Below are positions 39,415 through 49,336 of a stretch of DNA of 64,000 bases, in pieces; within the stretch, counting starts at the first letter, position 1; each line of letters starts with the position of its first letter. Made by a program: the position numbers and the translations under genes. The notes beneath the pieces are model-generated. The model worked only from the letters and a program-made list of their open reading frames with translations, ran no database searches and was not told the DNA's origin. The DNA is from a virus (lineage: Duplodnaviria > Heunggongvirae > Uroviricota > Caudoviricetes): IMG/VR virus record IMGVR_UViG_2541047959_000009; one strand, 5' to 3'.

Positions 39415-39711
39415 ATGATGCCATTTGCTCGTTATTTCTGCATTTTCATAAACGTTGGTTTGGGAGAAGGCGCTGCATGGCCTGTGGGCGTCGCTGATAA
39501 ACAGACCCCAGACACATCGCTCAGGACGGGTCTGAGATGCAACGGAACGGCTGTGATTGGTGAACCTTACCGGGAAATCATTCAGACTGATCCGGTAAGT
39601 ATAAGGCGCGAATTGCCTATGAATGGAATGACTGACAGTGCTGATGGGCGCGGAGGTGATAATAGGCGTTCTGTGGTCTCAGCACCATTGCCAACTGTAT
39701 TTACTATTTAG
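39415..39711 (+). pseudogene. 5'-truncated copy of tail-fibre constant-region 3' end, reading into left inverted repeat
   Basis: NVGLGEG..VGV.D.Q...CNG...YRE...SAPLPTVFTI* parallels C-terminus of fibre gene 41127-41672. Confidence 0.5.
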
Positions 39712-39715
39712 GTGC
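39691..39715. repeat. left inverted repeat of tail-fibre switching cassette
   Basis: CCAACTGTATTTACTATTTAGGTGC; inverted copy at 41124-41148 with 1 mismatch. Confidence 0.75.
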
Positions 39716-39909
39716 TGGTAGCTATCCTCTTGGGATCTTCGAGAGGTTCAGGTGCTATATTCAGTAATATAGTAGGGTCAGGCGCAACCGGGGTTAGCAT
39801 TACCGTCGCCGTCAGTAGGAATAATACCGTTGTGGGCACAGTGGCCGTACCACTGATTGCAACCTGTCCTTCCAATACCAGAGTCTCCGCTATAGTGATA
39901 GCACGGTAA
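39712..39909 (+). CDS. alternative tail-fibre C-terminal segment (no ATG; GTG immediately after TAG in repeat)
   Basis: 65 codons homologous to segment 40950-41126 (..S.R.SG..F..I.GS.AT.V...VA.R.NNTV...TV....I.TCP...RV). Confidence 0.45.
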   Translation: MLVAILLGSSRGSGAIFSNIVGSGATGVSITVAVSRNNTVVGTVAVPLIATCPSNTRVSAIVIAR

Positions 39910-40253
39910 TGATGAAAGCAGTATTCTATACAGGACGAAGTGCAACAAATGATCGGCAAGATATGGTTCAAGAATATGATGGTGAGAGAACGCTACCTGA
40001 TGACACTTTAGAAATTTACATTGACATAGGTGAGCGAATCCCTGGACAGTCCTCACAAGGTAAAGCAAGTGTAGCTGAGGCTGCAGAAGCGCCCGGTTGT
40101 ATTGAGTATTCACATCCATCGGAAGAGGTTCAGGAGCTGCCGGGTGAAATCGACAAAATATCTTTGACTTCAGAATTAAATCAAAACACAGCAACCCATG
40201 ATTGGCCCGGAAATGCTACTACTGGTCGTCTAATAGGCCCGTACCATGCGTAA
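39909..40253 (+). CDS. tail fibre assembly protein (variant 1)
   Basis: 114-aa ORF; C-terminal EEVQELPGEIDKISLTSE...HDWPG shared with 40603-40929. Confidence 0.6.
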   Translation: MMKAVFYTGRSATNDRQDMVQEYDGERTLPDDTLEIYIDIGERIPGQSSQGKASVAEAAEAPGCIEYSHPSEEVQELPGEIDKISLTSELNQNTATHDWPGNATTGRLIGPYHA

Positions 40254-40602
40254 GATGATTCGTGGCGGGAGTACCATAACGAGCTGGAGCTGGGCGACGC
40301 TTCATACGCGGCAGATGCTCAGTGTCAGACACCTACGGATGTTGAGACCGGTTGCCACGGGGCGCTTTAGCTGAAATTGCAGCCCGCACCGAATCTAAGG
40401 AATGCAGCAAAAACCCAACCTGAGGCGTTGCTGGCTGAATTAGATTCGGTCCGGGCTACAATTACCACCAAATCGCACGATTTCAAGTCGTCTGAGCTGC
40501 CATCGGCGTCGGACGTTGTATTTCTGCCGCGTAGAATGTGTCGCCCTGTTCCAGTGCGGTCACGGTCTCCAACCTCGCACTATACTACTTCACTTCCTCG
40601 GT

Positions 40603-40929
40603 TTATAGGCCAATAATAGCTGTTTTTTCGGGCCAATGACGCGGATTGGTGTTGGTATTGGCTTCTCCAGTTAAGGATATTTTGATGATTTCAGCCCTCA
40701 ACTCCTGAACCTCTTCCCATGGGTTTGGGTACTTAGACCAACATGTCGCTCCACACGCGTCAGCTCTACCTGCTTCATCTTGACGGGGAAGTGCCGGGAT
40801 TCCATCATAAATGTCTCTATATACACTTGTAACAGAAACAGATACCCTAGCTTCACCATCATATTTTTGAACCGAATTATCCCGTGACATAGTATTAATA
40901 ACGGGACTAATTAATATTGAGTTATTCAT
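40603..40929 (-). CDS. tail fibre assembly protein (variant 2)
   Basis: ORF 40603-40968 trimmed to MNNSILIS Met; paralogous C-terminus to 39909-40253. Confidence 0.6.
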   Translation of the reverse strand: MNNSILISPVINTMSRDNSVQKYDGEARVSVSVTSVYRDIYDGIPALPRQDEAGRADACGATCWSKYPNPWEEVQELRAEIIKISLTGEANTNTNPRHWPEKTAIIGL

Positions 40930-40949
40930 TACGGTCCTATCATGAAATA

Positions 40950-41126
40950 TTAAACTCTGATATCGCATGGACAGGTATCGATCGGTGTTTCGTCGACTGT
41001 GAACGAAACCGTATTATTCTTCCTGTCAGCGACAAAAGAATTAACCGCGGTCGCGTATGAACCTGCAATATCAGTAAATTCACCACCTGAGGCTCTCGTA
41101 GATACCGGGGGGATAACTCGCTGCAC
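40950..41126 (-). CDS. tail-fibre C-terminal segment in frame with fibre gene but separated by TAG in the inverted repeat
   Basis: 58 codons VQRVIPPVSTRASGGEF...TCPCDIRV, homologous to 39712-39909. Confidence 0.45.
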   Translation of the reverse strand: MQRVIPPVSTRASGGEFTDIAGSYATAVNSFVADRKNNTVSFTVDETPIDTCPCDIRV

Positions 41127-41148
41127 CTAAAAAGTAAATACAGTTGGC
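41124..41148. repeat. right inverted repeat of tail-fibre switching cassette
   Basis: Reverse complement CCAACTGTATTTACTTTTTAGGTGC. Confidence 0.75.
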
Positions 41149-41672
41149 TCTTGGGCTGAGACAACCTCAGGCTTTTTATAACCGGTGAGGCCATCAGCCT
41201 TGCCAGTAATACCCTTACCAGCCACTGGGGCGATTTTACTTGCCGGAACAACCTTTGTCATTTCCCGGTAATGTTCAGCAAACAAAAACGCTCCATTGCA
41301 ACTAATCAAGGTTGAGGGAGGTATATCAGAAGGTTGGGTATCAGGGACGCCCACAGTTCGTGCAGAGCCTTCTCCCAAACCAAGGTTTTCGAGAGCCGTT
41401 TTCACCGTGCCGTCCGATTTGATATCGCTAAACGGATTCTTGCGGCTTAACAGCAGCGCACGAAGCGCGGTAAGCAGCTGGTCGTGCCGCGCCTTCTCCA
41501 GACTGGCACCGGATGCCTCCACCACGCTGCAGAGTTCTTCCTGCAACATGTCAAAGTAGTCATCATCCAGATCGGTGGCAGGCGTGCCTGTCTGGGGGTT
41601 ACCACGGGTAAAACCGTTCTTACCCGCGCCGAACTTATCCTTCTGCGCGGTTTTCGTGTCTATACGATGCAT
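41127..41672 (-). CDS. tail fibre protein, conserved N-terminal (constant) part
   Basis: 181-aa [24 protein letters not shown]...LQEEL, typical side-tail-fibre N-terminus. Confidence 0.8.
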   Translation of the reverse strand: MHRIDTKTAQKDKFGAGKNGFTRGNPQTGTPATDLDDDYFDMLQEELCSVVEASGASLEKARHDQLLTALRALLLSRKNPFSDIKSDGTVKTALENLGLGEGSARTVGVPDTQPSDIPPSTLISCNGAFLFAEHYREMTKVVPASKIAPVAGKGITGKADGLTGYKKPEVVSAQEPTVFTF

Positions 41673-41675
41673 GGA

Positions 41676-42260
41676 TTACTCCGGATATTTAAAAATTACG
41701 TAGGTATGCGAAGGGCAGAGTTTGTTAAGCACACATTCGACGACGGTGTCGCCCCAGATACGCAGCGCGGAATCACAGGGATCGCCACATGTCATCCAGG
41801 TGCTGTTGGTGGCGGCTGGCATGTTGACCTGCCAGTAATACCGCCATTCCGGCGCATTCACCGCGTCAGTACAGGCCGATGAGCAGGTGAACGTGCTTTT
41901 GTCGTATCGCGTGATGGTGGCGTCTGGTCTGCCCAGGGCAGCAAGCTGTGCAAGGTAAAAATCCTCATTGATGCCGCCCGCCAGGTTAACCTTCGCATCC
42001 AGTCGTTGCTGACGCTGGCGAAGGGTCTGTGTTCCTGCGGGAATACATTCATCCGGCAGGCCGCACAGACGCTCCCAGCGATTTATCAGTTCGGTGGTGG
42101 TGCGCGGATCCAGCTCCCGCATCAGGGCATCCGCACGCTGATGAACGCGGGTTAATGACTGTGCCGCACCGGCAATCGCCGGATCGCTGGCTGACCACGC
42201 CGGACCGGGCGGCAGCAGTGCCGACAACAGACGGATGTAATCATCGTTTGTCACGCCCAT
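41676..42260 (-). CDS. Mu gp48-like tail/baseplate protein
   Basis: 194-aa ORF, position between baseplate J-like gene and fibre. Confidence 0.7.
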   Translation of the reverse strand: MGVTNDDYIRLLSALLPPGPAWSASDPAIAGAAQSLTRVHQRADALMRELDPRTTTELINRWERLCGLPDECIPAGTQTLRQRQQRLDAKVNLAGGINEDFYLAQLAALGRPDATITRYDKSTFTCSSACTDAVNAPEWRYYWQVNMPAATNSTWMTCGDPCDSALRIWGDTVVECVLNKLCPSHTYVIFKYPE

Positions 42261-43309
42261 GAAATCGTCCCCAGAACCGCCAGTTCATTTTTTGCAATGG
42301 AGATATTTTCCGCCGGTGCAAGCAATTGATGGCTGTATTCCCCGTTCGCACCGGAAATCGCTTCACTGATACGCGACACCTTCAGTTCTCCCTGCGGATA
42401 ACCATCACGCAGCAGGAACGAACGCAACTCCGCGGTGATGGCAGCCCGTATTTCCGGTGTATCCGGCGTCACACGGATATGAAAATCCACCGTATGCGCC
42501 ACCGGCCTGAACACATACAAATCAGAGCCTGCCACCGGGGCCAGTGGCCCGATATGTTGTCTTGCCGCCGTTTCCGTTGATTCTTCCGGAATGGGATTAA
42601 TCAGGTCACTGCTGGCAATCATCACACCGACAGTCCCCGTTCCCATCCAGTGACGGTATGCCCATGCGCGGGTAATGCCGGGCAATTCTTTAGCCCAGAC
42701 AACATAGTCCCCGTCAGCCCCGCCCTGAGGCGTCCAGTAATACCGCTCAATGACGCGGGCGCGCCACGTTTCCAGCTCTTCAGTATCAAATCCACCTGTC
42801 AGAGTGTCTGCCACGCCGGAAGACGGCAGACCATTAACCGGCGTGACCAGGATTAATGACGTACCGTCGTCAGCGTTACCGACCGCGCCTGCACTTGAGC
42901 AGGCGATCGGCACGCGCAGGACACCACCGGCGCTGGTTGCATCGGCAGTTGCCGTGTACTGAATCAGGTCATCGCGCTGAATAACACTCCCGGCGGTCAC
43001 CTTCAGGCCATCGCTGACGCCTTCCCAGCGCATATACCCGCTGGCAGTCGTGGCCCCCTTGCGCGGACACCGTTTCATCGCAGCATGTCGCGCCAGCCAG
43101 GACTCATCGCACAGGTCAGGCAGCATGTTCATTGCCAGATAATCGATGTACCCGTAAACCGTATGCAGCGCCGCCGCATACACCTTTGCCCGCACGTCTT
43201 CATCCATGCGCCGGAGCGTGTCGCTGACGTCCAGCCTGGCGAATAAATCGTTACGGAGCATACTGATATTTTCTGCCAGCGTCGGGCGCTGAAATTCACT
43301 GTCCGCCAT
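42251..43309 (-). CDS. baseplate J-like protein (Mu gp47-like)
   Basis: 352-aa ORF, synteny in baseplate cluster. Confidence 0.75.
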   Translation of the reverse strand: MADSEFQRPTLAENISMLRNDLFARLDVSDTLRRMDEDVRAKVYAAALHTVYGYIDYLAMNMLPDLCDESWLARHAAMKRCPRKGATTASGYMRWEGVSDGLKVTAGSVIQRDDLIQYTATADATSAGGVLRVPIACSSAGAVGNADDGTSLILVTPVNGLPSSGVADTLTGGFDTEELETWRARVIERYYWTPQGGADGDYVVWAKELPGITRAWAYRHWMGTGTVGVMIASSDLINPIPEESTETAARQHIGPLAPVAGSDLYVFRPVAHTVDFHIRVTPDTPEIRAAITAELRSFLLRDGYPQGELKVSRISEAISGANGEYSHQLLAPAENISIAKNELAVLGTISWA

Positions 43310-43724
43310 GCGTTATCGCACTCCACAGATCATCTAAAGAAATCATTACCGGTCCGTCACGACGCCAGAGAGTGATACTGTTACCCAGTTCATTAATCCC
43401 GGTGCGGAGGATATCCAGATCAATACGGGACACCACGCCGTCATCAATCATCCATTGCAGGCATTCGCGGATATACCCCCTTACCGTCTGCACCAGCTGA
43501 TTGGTCAGTTTGCTGCGCTGAAGCAGCCACAGTCGGGAGCCGTAACGGTCATTCTGTACCGCAGGCCAGGTATCCCCCCACCATCCCATCGGGACGTCGG
43601 CGTTGTCATCAGGCTCCGCCCGCCGCCAGGTAAACAGGGAAATCACCACGGCGCGGGTCAGCGGATCCAGCGGTGCGCTGGCGCAGGTGCGTTTACCGTT
43701 CACCGTCAGCCACAGTTCCATCAT
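43296..43724 (-). CDS. baseplate wedge protein (Mu gp46-like)
   Basis: 142-aa ORF, synteny. Confidence 0.7.
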   Translation of the reverse strand: MMELWLTVNGKRTCASAPLDPLTRAVVISLFTWRRAEPDDNADVPMGWWGDTWPAVQNDRYGSRLWLLQRSKLTNQLVQTVRGYIRECLQWMIDDGVVSRIDLDILRTGINELGNSITLWRRDGPVMISLDDLWSAITHGGQ

Positions 43725-44269
43725 GCCTCCATCGCTTTATCAGGTTTGTCGGTGTTACTGCCCTGACCGTTCTCTCTGTGACGATGCCCGTTATAGGCAA
43801 GCCGCATCGCTGACATGGTGGTGCCGCTGGAGTCGCACAGGTCTTTCACCTGTCCTGTCACTTCCAGGTCCATTTCAAAACGTGCTTCAGGTGCATTGCG
43901 AAACGTGATCGTTTTACCTGCACCGTCCACCACGATCCCCTCCCGGGTCAGCGTCACAGACTGCCCCTGATCGTCATAGACCGCCACCTCACCCGTCTGC
44001 AGCCCTTTCAGGCGGTAGCGCCGGTCCGACACCGTAACAACCACCGCATGAGAACGGTCACCATCCGGAAACAACACCACCGCTTCCGCACCGCTGTTTG
44101 CCCTTGCGGTAAAACCGTAGGGTTCAAGATGTTCAACCCCGGCTTTGGGTTCACCGGCAATCAGGGACACATCCACGGTCTGACATTTCGTGGCGGCACT
44201 GATGCTTTTCACCACTGCCCGCCCAATCAGGCCGAGGAGTTGTCGCTGCATGGCTTCAATCGTACTCAT
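43721..44269 (-). CDS. baseplate assembly/spike protein (Mu gp45-like)
   Basis: 182-aa ORF, synteny. Confidence 0.7.
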   Translation of the reverse strand: MSTIEAMQRQLLGLIGRAVVKSISAATKCQTVDVSLIAGEPKAGVEHLEPYGFTARANSGAEAVVLFPDGDRSHAVVVTVSDRRYRLKGLQTGEVAVYDDQGQSVTLTREGIVVDGAGKTITFRNAPEARFEMDLEVTGQVKDLCDSSGTTMSAMRLAYNGHRHRENGQGSNTDKPDKAMEA

Positions 44270-45348
44270 CAGAACGGGTCCTCCTGTACTCTGGCTTTTT
44301 TCTTTTTCCGCGCGCCGGGGGCTTCGGGTTCAGGCAGATAAGCATCAGGTGGGCCGACACGGATTTCCGTCAGGGTGCCGTTCTGGTCCTGAGTAAACGT
44401 GACTTCCGAGACAAGCAGTTCGGTATTGTCGAAACCACAGACCGGATCGAAGACAATCACCCGCTGGTTGGGCTGCCACAGCGTACCGTTACCCTGTCGC
44501 CAGCCCTGCACCACATAGGTGGTTTCATCCGTCCGCGCCGCCCGTTGTCGGGCTTCAAAGTCAGCACGCGCAATACAGCCTGCCCCCGTAGCCTGCCCTG
44601 TCTGCCTGATATACATCGGACGGTAACGGGCAATAAATGCGTCCTCTGTGCGGGCCCGCAGCGCGCTGGTGGTGGCCTCACCGAAATCATCGTCGTTTCC
44701 AGCACGCTGCCCCGCCACCTGGTAAACAGAAAACCGCTCCCGGATACTCTTCTCCGTATCGCAGGAAAGGATGTTTTCCCCGAGTACCAGCGCAGTATGT
44801 GCCCGCGTTGAGCCAATACCGCCAATCACCAGCCTGCCGTGTGGGTCGTCGTAAGCCAGTGCCTGCTGCTGACCGAGTATTTTGTTGATTACCTCAATCA
44901 CCGTTTCACCGTGATCGGGCTGGACGTCAGGAATAACACCCGACGGCGCACCGTTGTTCACCACCTCAATGCCGAAAGGCGCAGCAAGCGCCTGCGCAAT
45001 CTGTACCAGCGATCGTCCGTTAAACTGTGTCGGTTCGGCTGCACAGTCAATCAGGTCAGCGGTCAGACTGCGTCCGGCAATACCGGTGCTGACCGAACGG
45101 GCATCGTAACGAACGGGCGTCGCCTCCACCCAGCCGGTGATCACCAGCTCATCACCAATCAGCACCTCCACTTTTGAACCGTTTTTAATGCGCGGCTGAA
45201 GCGTGGTGATACCCTCATCACCCGGCCACTGGCGGGTGATCTCCACACTGAAATCCCGCGCCAGCCGTTCAATACCGGCACCGATGCGCACCGATGTCCA
45301 GCCATTCCACTCCCGGCCATTTACCCGTAGCGTGACGTTATCGTTCAT
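44269..45348 (-). CDS. baseplate hub protein (Mu P-like)
   Basis: 359-aa ORF, synteny. Confidence 0.7.
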   Translation of the reverse strand: MNDNVTLRVNGREWNGWTSVRIGAGIERLARDFSVEITRQWPGDEGITTLQPRIKNGSKVEVLIGDELVITGWVEATPVRYDARSVSTGIAGRSLTADLIDCAAEPTQFNGRSLVQIAQALAAPFGIEVVNNGAPSGVIPDVQPDHGETVIEVINKILGQQQALAYDDPHGRLVIGGIGSTRAHTALVLGENILSCDTEKSIRERFSVYQVAGQRAGNDDDFGEATTSALRARTEDAFIARYRPMYIRQTGQATGAGCIARADFEARQRAARTDETTYVVQGWRQGNGTLWQPNQRVIVFDPVCGFDNTELLVSEVTFTQDQNGTLTEIRVGPPDAYLPEPEAPGARKKKKARVQEDPF

Positions 45349-46715
45349 TGCACTGGCACCTTCAGAGGGATCACCGGCACAAAGCCGGGATGCGTAATGG
45401 CATTACGCCGGATAATGTCCGCGTCACGCGCCGCGTTATCAAACCAGGTCGCCGCCAGCACCAGCGCGGGTAAAACCTCATCCGGTGTGCGCTGAATGAT
45501 CCGTGCAGACTGTTCAAGGCGCGTGTTGATATCCGCATTCAGATCTGCTTTCACCCGGCGCAGCGCCAGAAACAGCACATCACTGGTTGTACGGGACAAC
45601 TCCTTATCAATTGCCGTATTCAGTGTGTCGCGAATGTCGGTCAGTTCTTCCCACGTTGGCAGGTCAACCGTGTTTTTCACCGCCGGTGCATTGTTCAGTG
45701 CCGGATGCGTGACAGAAGGCCAGCCGGTGCTCTGCGCGGGTGTTGTTGACTGCCCCACTGTGGCATTCTGCATCACCGCGGAAGTTGTGGGCGCAGGCAA
45801 TCGTGTGACGGCATACGCCGCTTCGCTGATTGCGGTCGTACGAAGGGTGCTGGCAACCACGTTACGCTGCTGCGTCGCCGTGGCGGTGGTTTTACTGTCC
45901 GTTTTCCAGACGCCGCGCGGTTGCAGATCGCTGCCGAGGCTGACACCGGAAAGCGTTTTGATCATGGTGACCAGGTCGCTGGCGTTACCATAAAGGCGTT
46001 TCCCGGTACGCCACATTTTCTGCACCTGCTCAACGAAATTTTTGCCTGACGATGGCGGCGGCAGAAGTACCGAGATATCCCCCTGCAACAGCCTGGCGGC
46101 ATCCGATACGGCAGAATCCACCACTTTCATCGCATCAGAAACATACCCAAGCATTGTGCTGGCATTACCGACGACGTCGTTCTGCACAAAATCTGCCACG
46201 CCATCGATACTGAAACCACTGAAGCTGTCACTGATGCAGTCATCCAGTGCAGAACAGGATGACATCAGCGTCTGCGCCGTCGCCGCACCTGAAGTGGGGT
46301 AAGAGAGTTCTCCCGCTTCGACAAACTTCAGGTCAAAGCGGACAATACGCCCTTCACTCTTCGATGTGCTGACCCGAACTTCCCCGTCAACACAGACTTT
46401 CAGCTCACCGTAAGTCGGATGGACAAGCGTGCCGGGACCGGGTTTATTCAGCGCGTCAATCAGGCGATCGCGCTGGTCAAAGCAGTCATCTCCCACCACA
46501 TAAGCTGTGATGGACGGGCGGAAAGTGATTTTCCCCAGGTCTTCGGTATAGGGTTTGTCGCGGTTCGGGTATTCGTGCGTTTCCACACGACGACCGGTTC
46601 CCGCACTTTCTTCTTCAACCTTAAACGGCACACCGCGAAATGACGCGTCCTGAAGTCTGTCTTTCCACGTCATATAAACTCCGTACATAAAAAATCCCAC
46701 CGGAGTGGGACTCAT
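45345..46715 (-). CDS. Mu N-like DNA circularisation/tail protein
   Basis: 456-aa ORF; N-terminal ASFRGVPF...HEYP..D.PY.EDLG motif. Confidence 0.7.
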   Translation of the reverse strand: MSPTPVGFFMYGVYMTWKDRLQDASFRGVPFKVEEESAGTGRRVETHEYPNRDKPYTEDLGKITFRPSITAYVVGDDCFDQRDRLIDALNKPGPGTLVHPTYGELKVCVDGEVRVSTSKSEGRIVRFDLKFVEAGELSYPTSGAATAQTLMSSCSALDDCISDSFSGFSIDGVADFVQNDVVGNASTMLGYVSDAMKVVDSAVSDAARLLQGDISVLLPPPSSGKNFVEQVQKMWRTGKRLYGNASDLVTMIKTLSGVSLGSDLQPRGVWKTDSKTTATATQQRNVVASTLRTTAISEAAYAVTRLPAPTTSAVMQNATVGQSTTPAQSTGWPSVTHPALNNAPAVKNTVDLPTWEELTDIRDTLNTAIDKELSRTTSDVLFLALRRVKADLNADINTRLEQSARIIQRTPDEVLPALVLAATWFDNAARDADIIRRNAITHPGFVPVIPLKVPVQ

Positions 46716-46733
46716 TAACAGATTAATTTTTCA

Positions 46734-48569
46734 TTACCTGCCAAAGCGCGTATAGCCAACATCATGGCTGACATCAAAACCGCTGGATCGCGTTTCCATA
46801 ACCCGCATACCCGGAGGTGAATTCACAAAAGAGACCTTGATCTCACCATCAACTTTTGGCGCAGAAGCTTTGTTAATCATGAAGGGATTCGGGCCTGTGG
46901 CACCGGAGGCGTTGTTTGACTGAGCCGGATCCACCGCCTGATAAGGTGTGTATCCCCGTGCCGGTATTCCCGTCCCATAAGCATCATAAGCACCCGCGCC
47001 CCACTGCGCAGAGTTAATGGCATCGACCGTGTCACCGGAACTGTCGGTAAACCACTCAATAATTGGCTTCAGCTTGTCCCACATATCCTGAAACCACTTA
47101 ACAACCGGTCCCCAGTTATTGATTACCATCCCCAGCGGCGACCAGGCAAAAACCTTCTTCAGAAGTTCCCGGCCAGCCTCAAAATAAGGACCAATGGTTT
47201 CCCAGAGCTTCTTGAAATAAGGTCCGACAACATCCCAGTTAGTGATAATTAATCCCGCAGCCAGGGCTATCGCCGTCGCAATCATGCCAATCGGCGTCAT
47301 CGACATGATCCTGCTGACAATACTGATGGCACCGCCAACGCCCATCAATCCCAGTTTCAGAATCGCAAGACCGGCAGCAAGCCCGACGACGCCGCGAATA
47401 ACCCGGGGATTTTCATCCGCAAACTTCGTGAATTTCTCCCCCAACTCCCCCAGCCATTGCGTGATATTTTTAGCGTCACCAGAAAATGCGCCGCCAATAG
47501 CCGCAAGGCCGTTAGTTGCGGTCCCTGTCATTGCCTCCCACAGGTTGGACAGCGTACCAAGCTGTGCCTGAACACGTTTATTCAGACTGGCCTGTTTATT
47601 CATCTTCTGCTGGATCTGGTCGTAGCCATCCTTTCCTTTATCGATTAGTGCATTGACCACCTGAAGGGTTTCGGCATCATCACCAAATATTGCCTTAAGT
47701 ACACCAGTTCGCTTAACGTCGGTCAGTTTTCGCAGCTTTGCCAGTTGCCTGAACATGTTATCAAGACCGCCAAAACTCCCTTTGCCGTCAGTAAAATCGA
47801 GCTGTACCCCGAGTTTCTGGCGGGCCATGACTTTATTGACGTCCCTGATTTTCTTAACGCTTAATCCGGACTGGATAACTTTTCGCAGGGCGTTACCTGC
47901 CGACTCCCCGTTCATCCCCATCTGATCCATCATGACGCTGATGGGGGCAAGGCTCTGTGCAGCCTGAAGACCGTCCTTGTTCACCATCTTCAGAACAGAG
48001 CTGGTTTTAGTGAAGAAGGACAACATGTTGGTATCGTCAACGCCCAGATAAAACGCCTTCTGGATAGTGTCGAACAGCCCCATCATGTCTTCTGACGCCG
48101 TTCCGGTAGCATCCTGCATCTTTGCGGCAAACTCGGCAGCCGCTTCCGGTGTTTTTTTCAGTTGTACCGCAAGATAAGCTGTCGCTTTACCCACACCGCC
48201 AAGAATGTTTTCTGCCGGGATCCCCTGACGCACCAGCATCTGCATCATGTTCTGGAAATCAGCCGTTGTACCGGGTAGCTGGTTACCCAGACCAATAGCC
48301 AGTTTATTGATGTCCTGAAAGCGCTTTCCGACCTCACCGTTCGCATCCATCATGGCAACTTTCAGCCCGGTGGCGGCGTTTTCCTGATCGGCATAAGATT
48401 TCAGGGAAAGCGTCAGACCCGCAGCCAGTCCGCCACCAAGCGCCAGCCCACCCTGTGACGCTTCTTCCGCCTGGCGTTTAAATCCCCGGATTTTCTTTTG
48501 CATTTTCGACAGCGCGGGAGAAAGCCTGTCGACACCGGTGATCAACGCCTTAAGCTCAAATTCAGCCAT
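46734..48569 (-). CDS. tail tape measure protein
   Basis: 611-aa ORF, downstream of frameshifted chaperone pair, hydrophobic Gly/Ala-rich central region. Confidence 0.85.
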   Translation of the reverse strand: MAEFELKALITGVDRLSPALSKMQKKIRGFKRQAEEASQGGLALGGGLAAGLTLSLKSYADQENAATGLKVAMMDANGEVGKRFQDINKLAIGLGNQLPGTTADFQNMMQMLVRQGIPAENILGGVGKATAYLAVQLKKTPEAAAEFAAKMQDATGTASEDMMGLFDTIQKAFYLGVDDTNMLSFFTKTSSVLKMVNKDGLQAAQSLAPISVMMDQMGMNGESAGNALRKVIQSGLSVKKIRDVNKVMARQKLGVQLDFTDGKGSFGGLDNMFRQLAKLRKLTDVKRTGVLKAIFGDDAETLQVVNALIDKGKDGYDQIQQKMNKQASLNKRVQAQLGTLSNLWEAMTGTATNGLAAIGGAFSGDAKNITQWLGELGEKFTKFADENPRVIRGVVGLAAGLAILKLGLMGVGGAISIVSRIMSMTPIGMIATAIALAAGLIITNWDVVGPYFKKLWETIGPYFEAGRELLKKVFAWSPLGMVINNWGPVVKWFQDMWDKLKPIIEWFTDSSGDTVDAINSAQWGAGAYDAYGTGIPARGYTPYQAVDPAQSNNASGATGPNPFMINKASAPKVDGEIKVSFVNSPPGMRVMETRSSGFDVSHDVGYTRFGR

Positions 48570-48980
48570 GTGTGCGTTTCTCCTGCTCTATCCTGTTTGC
48601 CTGACTGACCAGCAAGGGAATTTCACTGATCGGCATATTCAGCAATTCGAAGGGATTAATGCGCCAGTAGCTGGCGCAGTCAAAGAAGCGATCAGTGAGG
48701 TATTCAGCCGTCAGGCCTGGAGGAAAAAACCAGCCACAAGCCACGCCGCAGCATTCAGGTCTGCCGGAGACATCTGGTCGACAGAGTTTTGCGGCACTTT
48801 CGCCAGCCGCACAATGTATTTCGATACCACATGCGCCAGAAGTCTGACGGACTCATCCTGATTCATCTGGTAGGGATACCCCAGCTCGCGGACATCTTTC
48901 CCGGTGGGCTCATCAAACTCCAGTACGGAGAGTGTCTCGCCATGAGCGGTAATCGGTTTCTTTAACTCAAGCTCTTTCAT
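48562..48980 (-). CDS. tail assembly chaperone -1 frameshift fusion product
   Basis: Slippery heptamer T_TTT_TTC at 48723-48729 (minus strand); -1 frame open to 48562, overlapping the tape measure start. Confidence 0.55.
48711..48980 (-). CDS. tail assembly chaperone (zero-frame product)
   Basis: 89-aa ORF between tube and tape measure genes. Confidence 0.7.
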   Translation of the reverse strand: MKELELKKPITAHGETLSVLEFDEPTGKDVRELGYPYQMNQDESVRLLAHVVSKYIVRLAKVPQNSVDQMSPADLNAAAWLVAGFFLQA

Positions 48981-49336
48981 TACTGGTAATCCCCTTCTTC
49001 ACCGTGGAACTCAAGATCAACCGTCCCTTCTTCGGCATTATGGTTCGCTTCGCCGTGCAGCCAGGCAGACGACAGTACATAGACCTGACCGTTCGCCAGC
49101 TCGGCAGTGATGGTCATCTCATCAGACGAGGTGATTTTGCTCACCGGAAAATTCTTCGGCACCTTGAAGGTCCCTTTAACATAAGGCGCACGGTGAGTTT
49201 CCTTGCGGTCCACTGAACCGTCCAGGCCGATGATGTCATCATTGACCGTCCTGTTCATGGGCACCTCAATGCCGCCGGTCAGCGATAGCTGCTGACCGTC
49301 AATTTTGAAATAACAGGTTCCCCCGATACGGGCCAT
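48980..49336 (-). CDS. tail tube protein
   Basis: 118-aa ORF downstream of sheath. Confidence 0.8.
   Translation of the reverse strand: MARIGGTCYFKIDGQQLSLTGGIEVPMNRTVNDDIIGLDGSVDRKETHRAPYVKGTFKVPKNFPVSKITSSDEMTITAELANGQVYVLSSAWLHGEANHNAEEGTVDLEFHGEEGDYQ

Noticed and set aside
40254-40602. 79-aa ORF (40377-40616) in the centre of the fibre switching cassette
   Set aside because: Lies between the two convergent assembly genes, has no RBS and a Pro/Ser/Arg-rich translation; more likely non-coding spacer.
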